NCBI GenBank assembly: GCA_023248955.1
Contig: JAHFDP010000004.1
Coordinates: 17,704-81,703 of the forward strand
DNA length: 64,000 nucleotides
Direction of reading: 5' to 3'
Source: Deltaproteobacteria bacterium
GTDB lineage: Bacteria > Myxococcota > Myxococcia > Myxococcales > JAHFDP01
The number at the start of each line of letters is the position of its first letter. Within the stretch, counting starts at the first letter, position 1. This document shows, piece by piece, positions 11,201-18,900 of the stretch. The notes below the pieces were generated by a model. That model had not been told where the DNA came from. It searched no databases and saw only the letters and a list, made by a program, of their open reading frames with translations. The position numbers and the translations under genes are program-made.

Positions 11201-14200
11201 GATTGCCCATAAGGCCCGACGATGGCCGTCGGATTTCCGGCGCCGTCACGCGCAATCGTGGTGACGTTTCCGTCGCCGTCCGTGACCGTGAGGAGGTTTC
11301 CCGCGACGTCATAGACGAACGAATAGATCACCGCGGCTGTCATCGCGTCGAGCGTGGCGAGGTGGCGGCCGCTCTCGTCGAATTTGAAGACCGCGGCGCC
11401 ATCCCCAGAGGCGATGAGGAGCTCCCCGCCGTTGTAGCCGGGCAGAGGTGGCCTGATCTGCCGCAGCCGATTATTTTGAGTATCGGCAACGACGAGTGTG
11501 CCGTCGGGCGCTATGGCCACGCTGTCGGGCGCGCTCAACTGCGCCTGTGTTGCCGGGCCATCCTCGCCGCTAAATCCTCCCTGGTCGTTCCCGCCGACGC
11601 GGTTGACAGAGCCGTCCAGGCCACGGTGGTAGACGGCGGCGCCGAAAGATCCGACTGTAAAAAACAGACTCCCATCGCGCGCGACGGTAATGTTGGAAAC
11701 GCCCTGGCCGAGGTTGGTCTTTCCCGTGTCGACCTTGTCCAATATTCCGTCGGGGCGAATGCGGAGCATTGGACTGCATCCAGGTTGGAAATAGACGCTG
11801 CCGTCGGGAGCAACGCCGACTGCGCTTGCTCCTGCGATGCGCGCGAGAGAAGCGGGCTTGCCTAGATCGCAGGTGGAGTTTGCTCCGCTTCCACAAAATT
11901 GACCGCAGTCACCGTGTCCGCCGACGATGGTGCTGATAATCCCATCGGTTCCTACACGCCGAATGCGGCTGTTGCCCGAATCCGCGATGTAGAGACTTCC
12001 ATCGGGGCCGAACGAGATGCTCTTCGGTGAGCTCAGAAGCGCGGAGCTCGCTGGTCCTCCGTCGCCACCGAATCCACTCTTATCCTTGCTTCCGGCGATT
12101 GTCGTTACGATTCCGTCCTTCCCTATTTTGCGCACCCGATGTGTGGGGCAAGCGAGGCCTGTGCAGGTCGAGAAGTAGGTGGCGCCGTCGGGCCCCAAAA
12201 TCACCTTGTTGATTTCGTCCAAGTTGGCGTTCGTGGCCAAGACCCCGTCGTCGCGACTCTGGCCGCCGCCGGCGATCGAGCTGATCGTTCCATCCGCTTG
12301 CACCTTGCGAACGAGCATCTTTCCATTGCCAGGCCGGTCGACGAAGACCATGGCGCCGTCGGGCGCGACGTTAATGCTCCGGGGCTGGCCGAGCTGCGCG
12401 CTCGTCGCAGGCCCGCCGTCGCCGCAACCTGGTGTGGTGCAGTTACCAACCCCGGTGCCCGCGGTGGACTTGATCACCTGGCTGAGCGTCTCGGCCGCAA
12501 TGACATCGCCCGTGCCCAGGTAGAGAATTTTTCCGACCGGATCATAGGTATGATGTACCGAGAGTGACCAGCCACCGAGGGTGTGGGCCCGCGCGTCGAG
12601 TTGGCCGATCCGCAGATCCTCGTCCTGGGTAATTGTTTCCGGCTCTCGCGTTGCCACGACCGGCTGTCCGGAGGGACAAAAACGAGCGGTGCACGGAAGC
12701 GGGTCACAGGGAACGTGGCCACCGCATCCATTGTCTCCAAACTTCGATGTTGGAGCATAATTCGCGCCAAGGTTGTAACCGAGCCGAACTTTGAGCGGGA
12801 GACTACCCTGGACGGTGCGATCCCAGGAGTCTTTGCGGCTCCACGTAAAGAGATAGTGCGCGTTTGGAGACGGCAAGAGGTGGACGGTTTCCAAACGGCC
12901 GGCGATGAGCGTGGATAGGTCGATGCTCGAAAGTCCCGGATGCGGCTTATCGTCGAGGACGGTAATATCGATCGTGGGGAGTCGCCCGGGTACCCGATCG
13001 CTTCGGTAGTTCAGCGAGAAGGGCGTGCCGACGATCGGGAGCGACTGACGAACGGTCTGATTGTCGAGCTCGAAGTTGGGGTCGGTCGGAGGATCTTTGT
13101 TGGGATCGTCCCTTTTAAACTTGTCGGGGAAGTCGATAAATTTCTGCTGGGCCGTGGGGCCGAAGAAATTGAAGTCAGTCGCGGAGAAGTGCGCGACCGG
13201 CACACGCCATAAGTTCTGACCGTTCTTGTACAGCTTCGCCAGCTGCTCCTGCTCCTTTCCATCGCCCATTCCCAGCCCGGCAAGGGTCGCCGCGCTCGCC
13301 ACGTTTCCGCTGCCGTCCACATCGAGATCCGCCGCATTGTTAGTCATGCTGACGATGCTTATCGCGAGGCCGTTCTGCTCCGCAGCCCAGACGGCGCGCT
13401 GCCGATCATAGAACCCGTTGGGAACCGTAGTTCCCGCGGGCACGCCGAGAAAATTCTCCAGGTAGACGAAGACCGGCTGGTTGAACTCAACACCCGTAGC
13501 GCCGGCGGCCACCGCCTCATCTGCCGAAAGCTCAACCGCGTAGGTATAGGAGCTGTTCGGCGGCAGATCTGCGGGCATCGCCTTTTTTCCGTCTGCCCCA
13601 ACCGTGAACTCGGTGGCGCGCACATGGAGCGGAGAAACGAGCTGCGTCGAACCGTCCGGCATGCGCAACAGCGCCTGCGTTCCCGGCGGAAAGAGAATCG
13701 TCGCCTGGCGCGTGCCATCTTTGTCCGTGACCAGGCTGCCGCGAGCGACCTGGAAAACGGTCGAACGTGCCGTCACGTCGATCGGCGTAACCGCCGGATC
13801 CATCGCCACCATCACCAGATCCGGTAGCACCACAAAGTCCTGCCACGGAACGTCATCCGTGCGCTGCGCTGGGCAGTAGCCCGCCAGCGTGTAATCGACG
13901 GTGAGCTTGCCGCCGCCGCTCACCGCGAGATCGAACTGCCCATCTGCGCGCGTGAGCGTGTAGCCATATTCGGGATGGCCGAGAATCGTGATCGTCACTC
14001 CTGAAAGCGGCCCCGTACCGTCGCGCACGTTCCCGCGAAGCACCGCCACACGACGCTTCTCGATCGCGCCCGGCGCGACATTGAGCTGCACTGGATTGGG
14101 ACCGCTGTAGAGAAACGCGGAGGCCGCGGCCATGTTGGTGGCCACCGTCGTGGAGAGCGGCGGTGCGACGGTGACCGGATCGGGCGGCAGTGGTGTCACC

Positions 14201-15387
14201 GTGGCGATTGGCCCGCCGGTGGAGATGTTCCCAGCAGCGTCCGTGGCTTCGATGCGAAACTTCACCGCCGCGCCGGGCGTTAGATTTACCAGCTGCGTCG
14301 TCAACACGTTTCCTAGCGTCGCGACCTGTGCGCCGTTCTGAAAAACGAGATAGCCGGTCACCGCCACGTCATCGATCGCAGCGCTCCAACTCAGCGTGGC
14401 GCTCGTCAGACCCAGATTTGAAACGGTGAGGGTGCTGCCGTTGGGCCAGGTCGGCGCTGCCTGGTCGGGCAGCGTTACCGTGAGCGTCGGTCCGCCGCTC
14501 GAAATATTTCCTGCCGCGTCGATGGCCTCGACACGGAAACGAAATGCAACGGCCGGTTTTAAATTTCCAACCACTGTTGTCAGCACGTTTCCGAGCGTCG
14601 CGATCTTCACGTCATCTTGAAAAACGAGATAGCTCGTGACAGCAACATCGTCGCTCGCGCTGCTCCAGGCCAGCGTCGCGCTCGTCGCGGTGACGTTCGT
14701 CGCGACGAGCGTGCTTCCTGAAGGCCACGTCGGCGCAGCCTGATCCGGAGGCGTCACCGTGAGCGTCGGTCCGCTGCTCGAAAGTATCCCCGCCGCGTCG
14801 ATGGCCTCGACACGAAAATGAAATGGAACAGCGGGCCTTAGATTTCCGACCACAGTGGTCAGCACGTTCCCGAGCGTCGCGATCTTTACATCATTCTGAA
14901 AAATGAAATAGCCGGTCACCGCAACGTCGTCCGCCGCTGCGCTCCAAGTCAACGTCGCGCTCGTCGCCGTGACGCTCGTCGCGCTGAGCGTGCTTCCTAC
15001 AGGCCATGTCGGCGCCGACTCATCCGGCGGCGTTACGGTGAGCGTCGGTCCAGCCGTCGAAATATTTCCTGCCGCGTCGATGGCCTCGACACGAAAATGA
15101 AATGGAACCGCGGGCCTTAAATTTCCGACAACTGTCGTCAGCACGTTTCCGAGCGTCGCGATCTTCACGTCATCTTGAAAAACGAGATAGCTCGTGACAG
15201 CAACGTCGTCGCTCGCGCTGCTCCAGGCCAGCGTTGCGTTCGTCGCTGTGACGTTGAAAGCGACCAGCGTGGCACCCGAATTCCAGCTCGGCGGCGTGGT
15301 GTCGGGGCCTTTTTTGTGCGGACATCCGACGGAGAGAAGAGCGAACGCGACCGCTCCCAGATTCATGACCCGTGCACGATCGCGCAT
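8287..15387 (-). CDS. teneurin-like RHS/YD-repeat polymorphic toxin lipoprotein (FN3 x4, TTR/CarboxypepD_reg-like, NHL, YD shell, RHS core, 158-aa tip)
   Basis: 2366-aa ORF with AGGAGG RBS 7 nt before the ATG and lipobox LLSVGC. NHL-type motifs (GDGGPA..A.L..P) and many YD repeats. RHS core end RDYDAETGRWTAKDP...NLYEYARGDPVNHLDRFGL. Confidence 0.9.
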   Translation of the reverse strand: MRDRARVMNLGAVAFALLSVGCPHKKGPDTTPPSWNSGATLVAFNVTATNATLAWSSASDDVAVTSYLVFQDDVKIATLGNVLTTVVGNLRPAVPFHFRVEAIDAAGNISTAGPTLTVTPPDESAPTWPVGSTLSATSVTATSATLTWSAAADDVAVTGYFIFQNDVKIATLGNVLTTVVGNLRPAVPFHFRVEAIDAAGILSSSGPTLTVTPPDQAAPTWPSGSTLVATNVTATSATLAWSSASDDVAVTSYLVFQDDVKIATLGNVLTTVVGNLKPAVAFRFRVEAIDAAGNISSGGPTLTVTLPDQAAPTWPNGSTLTVSNLGLTSATLSWSAAIDDVAVTGYLVFQNGAQVATLGNVLTTQLVNLTPGAAVKFRIEATDAAGNISTGGPIATVTPLPPDPVTVAPPLSTTVATNMAAASAFLYSGPNPVQLNVAPGAIEKRRVAVLRGNVRDGTGPLSGVTITILGHPEYGYTLTRADGQFDLAVSGGGKLTVDYTLAGYCPAQRTDDVPWQDFVVLPDLVMVAMDPAVTPIDVTARSTVFQVARGSLVTDKDGTRQATILFPPGTQALLRMPDGSTQLVSPLHVRATEFTVGADGKKAMPADLPPNSSYTYAVELSADEAVAAGATGVEFNQPVFVYLENFLGVPAGTTVPNGFYDRQRAVWAAEQNGLAISIVSMTNNAADLDVDGSGNVASAATLAGLGMGDGKEQEQLAKLYKNGQNLWRVPVAHFSATDFNFFGPTAQQKFIDFPDKFKRDDPNKDPPTDPNFELDNQTVRQSLPIVGTPFSLNYRSDRVPGRLPTIDITVLDDKPHPGLSSIDLSTLIAGRLETVHLLPSPNAHYLFTWSRKDSWDRTVQGSLPLKVRLGYNLGANYAPTSKFGDNGCGGHVPCDPLPCTARFCPSGQPVVATREPETITQDEDLRIGQLDARAHTLGGWSLSVHHTYDPVGKILYLGTGDVIAAETLSQVIKSTAGTGVGNCTTPGCGDGGPATSAQLGQPRSINVAPDGAMVFVDRPGNGKMLVRKVQADGTISSIAGGGQSRDDGVLATNANLDEINKVILGPDGATYFSTCTGLACPTHRVRKIGKDGIVTTIAGSKDKSGFGGDGGPASSALLSSPKSISFGPDGSLYIADSGNSRIRRVGTDGIISTIVGGHGDCGQFCGSGANSTCDLGKPASLARIAGASAVGVAPDGSVYFQPGCSPMLRIRPDGILDKVDTGKTNLGQGVSNITVARDGSLFFTVGSFGAAVYHRGLDGSVNRVGGNDQGGFSGEDGPATQAQLSAPDSVAIAPDGTLVVADTQNNRLRQIRPPLPGYNGGELLIASGDGAAVFKFDESGRHLATLDAMTAAVIYSFVYDVAGNLLTVTDGDGNVTTIARDGAGNPTAIVGPYGQSTTLALDQDGFLASVTNPAAETTKLSSTQGLLTSITDPKGNVRKYGYDSQGRPISGTDAAGASKTWVRTDIPSEFNSFSLHQTSAENVASDYRVETSLSGDSFRTTTYADQTREVISFLANGQESTSFADGVLKTVVPTPDPRFGMQVPLPLSSTVITPKGLKTTCQIARTVTLSDPKNPLSLASEVDAITIDGRTAKVTFDAASLTRSTISPEGRRSVVTLDQFGRTLQTQLGNLFATTTKRDPQGRTSSVSVGSGTGARTASIAYGKDGFPASLTDPAGQTVTVTFDGAGRTTQTKRPDGQVTKMAYDANGNLLALTPPGRPASTFAYDVNNRMTSFTPPAVTGTGPTTFAYDKDGRPTLVTRPDAVTVSIAYDGTGRFSSTRFPGETIGFTYNASTGRLATLSSAAGLISYQFDGSLPLSESWSGGSVTGSVQWSYDNSQRIQTESVNGSSVTFVHDKDDLLVATGAMTIVPDPQTGLLAGTAISNTVTQVTRNGFGEKSKVTATVSGKPVYTVSYDTRDALGRITSKTETISGTSTSYAYAYDAVGRLTQATKGAAQATSTYDANGNRCPRLNPCTTASGTTVGADYDDQDRLIQYGSNTYTYSANGELSTKSVGGQLTTYTYDARSNLKSVALPDGTKIDYVVDAIGRRIGKKRSGTLQRGFLYSGPLRIVAELDANGAIVSRFVYGTSAAPDHIVRDGKTFRMLSDQVGSVRLVIDASDGTVAQQIDYDELGNILSDTNPGFQPFGFASGIYDADTKLVHFGARDYDAETGRWTAKDPILFGGGSTNLYEYARGDPVNHLDRFGLKVDYEKLVQKETDEFELAVGSGAATALGINAMIADAALPPFVVTTEVTTTTFAAVPAVETIGRLTWGVAGETTIVGTTTTSVSTSAAGVVDLIAAAPVGIAGAVLAGVAGGTLIDQLLLNHLDVNGHYSPNADPQHNPVTEALRVAIGGGSHNPVDARGK
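14181..15300 (-). repeat. four tandem ~279-bp (93-aa) FN3-like coding repeats
   Basis: The unit APTWP.GSTL....VTATSATL.WS.A.DDVAVT.Y..FQ...KIATLGNVLTTVVGNL.PAV.F.FRVEAIDAAGN occurs four times with high DNA identity. Boundaries approximate. Confidence 0.8.
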
Positions 15388-15415
15388 CCAAAAGCCTCCT
15401 AAACCGCAATGTTGA

Positions 15416-15670
15416 CGAGCGGACGATAGTGCGATCGGCCAGGGCCTTCAAGCGATAGCGGATGGTATTGCTGATGCGGTTGGAGCCTTCGCTCATGAGA
15501 TCGGCCACGGCTTCGGGCTGCCGCACGGAGTGGATCGGACAGGCGCCGAGCTTGCAACGTGCAAAGACAAAACTCTGATGGACGTCTGGTGGGAGTATGG
15601 GCACGCCATCACGCTCTGCGAGCCCGATCGTAAAGATCTCGTGGCTTCCGGATTCTTCGCGGCGCCCTAG
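15416..15670 (+). pseudogene. 5'-truncated metzincin metalloprotease remnant
   Basis: Open frame without a start codon: ...IADGIADAVGAFAHEIGHGFGLPHGVDRTG...KTLMDVWW...* It contains HExxHxxGxxH (15494-15526) and a Met-turn-like LMD. It begins 29 bp from the RHS1 start codon on the opposite strand. Confidence 0.55.
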
Positions 15671-15772
15671 TGTCCTGGAACAGAGGTTCGCCGCATCAAT
15701 GCGGCGGTCATTTCGAGGACACTAGCCGTCTGGAAGGGGCTCGCCGCCCCTCCCCGTCGATCGAAGCTCGCC

Positions 15773-15834
15773 GGGGACCCCTCCTGGCTTCGGCGCGACT
15801 CCGCGCCGCGGCCGCCTTTGGCGTCCGGAAGAAT
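15773..15834 (+). repeat. 62-bp structured repeat, copy A
   Basis: ggggacccctcctggcttcggcgcgactccgcgccgcggccgcctttggcgtccggaagaat matches 44183..44244 at 61/62 positions in the same orientation. Contains hairpin GGCGCG-actc-CGCGCC and outer pairing CTTCTGG/CCGGAAG. Confidence 0.85.
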
Positions 15835-15960
15835 TAGCCTGAAAACCTCAGCTAGCAGGCTGTTGAAATTCGACGCCCGATGATTTGTCACGGATATGGG
15901 TATGGGTAAGGACAGGTGGGTCGATCACTTCTAGCCCAAACAAGTCTTGAGGCGTAGAAT

Positions 15961-18900
15961 TTGGTCCTCTCCGTGAGCGCCGATCTTCCGATAAGCAGTC
16001 TCCTGTCGACGCGCTCGCGCCTTGCCGCACTCTGCAGTGCCGCCGCATGCATCGCTTGCGGCAAAGGAACCGGTGCGATCCATCCTACGAACGATGTTCC
16101 GGTCATTACGGGTCTCACACCGCCGAGCGTTTTGGTGGGCAAGCGCGCACTGACGCTCGCGGTGATTGGAAACAACTTCCTTCCCAGCTCGACCCTGCTC
16201 TGGAACGATACGCTTCGTCCGGCGACGTACATCAATCCGACGCAGGTTGCGATCGTACTTTCAGCCGCCGATCTCGCCAACGCCAACGATTTCAAGATCA
16301 ACGTTGTCAATCCGCCTCCGGGCGGCGGTCCCTCAAAACCCGCCTTCTTTTCAGTCAACAACCCGCTGCCAACGCTCTCCGAGCTGATTCCAGATTTCGC
16401 CATCACAGGAGGAGCTGCCTTCACGTTGCTCGTGAACGGCGGCGATTTCGTAAGCGGTGCGCTTCTTCGATGGGGCGATACCACCTTCCCAACGACGGTC
16501 TCGAGCAGAAACCAACTCACGGCAACGATTCCCGGGAGCGCCATCGCCGCGGCTGGCGTTCTCCAGGTCGCTGTTAGCAATCCCGCTTCCGGCGAAGGGT
16601 CGGCGACGCCGCTCAGTTTCACGGTCAAGAACGACACGCCGTTCTTGAAAAATCTAAACCCGAGCTCCGTTTCAGCAGGTGGTTCTGCCTTTACGCTCAC
16701 AGTGAGCGGCACCGGCTTTGGCAGCAATTCAACCGTGGAGTGGGCCAGTGCGAAGCGCACGACGCATTACCTGAGTGCCACAGCGCTCGCCGCTGAAATT
16801 TTGGTGAGCGATGTCGCGCTGGCGAACACGTTCAATATCACCGTTACCACCCCTGCGCCCGGGGGCGGAACATCGGCGCCGTTGACTTTGACGGTCAACA
16901 ATCCCGCTCCAACGGTGACCAGCATCGGGCCAACGTCTGCCAACATCGACGACGCGGCGCTCACTTTGGCGGTCAATGGAACAAACTTCGTTCGGGGCTC
17001 GACGGTGAATTGGAACAACGACGGTCGGCCAACGACCTACGTGAGCAGCACGCAGCTGACCGTCCCGATCCAAACCTCCGACCTTTTGGTTGCAGGAGCG
17101 TCGAGTGTAACCGTAACGAATGGAGCGCCGGGCGGTGGAACGTCCACTGCGCAGTTCTTCACGGTGAACAATCTGGCGCCAACCACCCGCAGTCTGAACC
17201 CGGCCGTGGCCGCAGCCGGCGATCCTGCACTGTCGGTGAGAGTCACTGGATCGAACTTCGTGAGCGGGTCCGTGGTGAAGTGGAACGGATCGGCGCGGAC
17301 CACGAGCTACGAGAGCGGCTCGCAGGTCACGGCAATGCTCACGCCTCTGGACTTGGCAACACCGGGCAAGTGCGACGTTACGGTGACGAATGGAGCGCCG
17401 GGCGGAGGCACCTCGCAGCCGCTGACGTTCACGGTGCAAAATCCAGCGCCGACGGTTTCAAGCTTGAGCCCGACCTTCGCTACCGTTGGCGATGCTCCTT
17501 TGACCGTCACGATCAAGGGAACGAATTTCGTGCCTGGTTCGACGGCGAAGTGGAGCGCTGCACCGCGCCCAACGAGCACCGTCAGCAGCACGCAGCTGAT
17601 CACAACGCTCTCGACGTCTGATCTGACGACGGCCGGAAAATTCGATCTGGTCGTGACGAATGCGGTGCCGGGCGGCGGAACTTCAGCCCCGCTCACATTT
17701 ACGGTGAATAACCCGGTACCAACGGTGAGCGACATCAATCCGAAGTTGGCGACGCTAGGTGATCCAGCGCCGCTTTTGACCGTGAGCGGGACGGGGTTCA
17801 CCTTCGGCTCAACGGTGAACTGGGGAGGCAGTCCGCGAAAAACAGTTTACTTGAGTTCAACCCAGCTCACCGCCCAGCTCTTGGCAGCAGACTTCGCGAC
17901 TCCGGGCACAGTTAGCGTGACGGCGACGACGCCTGGGCCGGGCGGTGGAACCTCTACCGAACAGACTTTTACGGTGAACAACCCGGTGCCAACGCTCTCG
18001 AGCATGGGACCTGCGACGGCCAACGTTGGTGATAACGACCAAACGCTGACGCTGACCGGAAAAAACTTCATCGCCAGCTCGACGGTGAAATGGAATGGCG
18101 TCGCGTTAACGACCACCTACGTTTCGGACACGCAGCTCTCCGCGCTGCTGCCCGCCGCGAATCTTGCGGTGGCGGGGAAGTTTGCTTGTTCGGTATTCAA
18201 TGGAGTGCCGGGCGGTGGAAACTCGGCTGGACAAAGTTTCACGGTGAAGAATCTCTTGCCGGTCATCGGAAGTATGAGTCCCTTGTCGGCGAACGCCGGC
18301 GACCCCGCGCTGACCATCACGGTCAACGGTGCGGGTTTTGTGAACGGGTCGCTCGTAAGTTGGAACGGCAGTGTGCGGACCACGACCTATGTCACGAGCA
18401 GCCAGCTGACCGCGGCGCTTCTCCTGATGGATTTGGCCGCCGCTGGTACATTCAACGTATCGGTCACGACACCCGGTCCCGGCGGCGGGACAGCGCAGCC
18501 GCCACTCGAGTTCAAGGTCTACAACTTGGCGCCGATCACGCGTGGGTTCTCTCCGGCTTCGGCCAACGTGGGCGACGCGGTGACGCTCTCGGTGTTTGGA
18601 CAAAATTTCGTGAATGGCGGCTCGACGGTGAATTGGAACAACAGCACCCGGCCGACGATCTTTGTGAGCACTACAGAGCTAAGAATCGACTTGACGAGTG
18701 CGGACCTCGCTCTAGCGGGGACGTTCAATGCGGCGGTCACCACGCTGGGTCCTGGCGGTGGCACGTCTAATCCGCCGCTGAAATTTACCGTCAACAACCT
18801 CGTGCCGATCGCAACGAGCCTCAGCGTGACCGCGGCGAATGTGGGTGATCCGCAGCTCACGTTGACGGTGATTGGAAAGAATTTTGTAAACGGCAACTCG

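Noticed and set aside
9769-11865. 326-aa and 301-aa plus-strand ORFs inside RHS gene 1
   Set aside because: They are antisense to the continuous YD-repeat frame, are Arg-rich, and contain no motifs. These are typical shadow ORFs of high-GC genes.
15170-15604. 144-aa minus-strand ORF that looked at first like an HTH/sigma-70 region-4 fragment (ISNTIRYRLKALADR)
   Set aside because: The opposite strand reads a perfect metzincin HEIGHGFGLPH motif, so the minus-strand frame is the shadow of that remnant. It also overlaps the RHS1 start region.
15851-15864. 14-nt identity (tagcaggctgttga) between 15851 and 36291
   Set aside because: A match of this length is expected by chance a number of times when comparing 64 kb on both strands. 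The similarity does not extend on either side.
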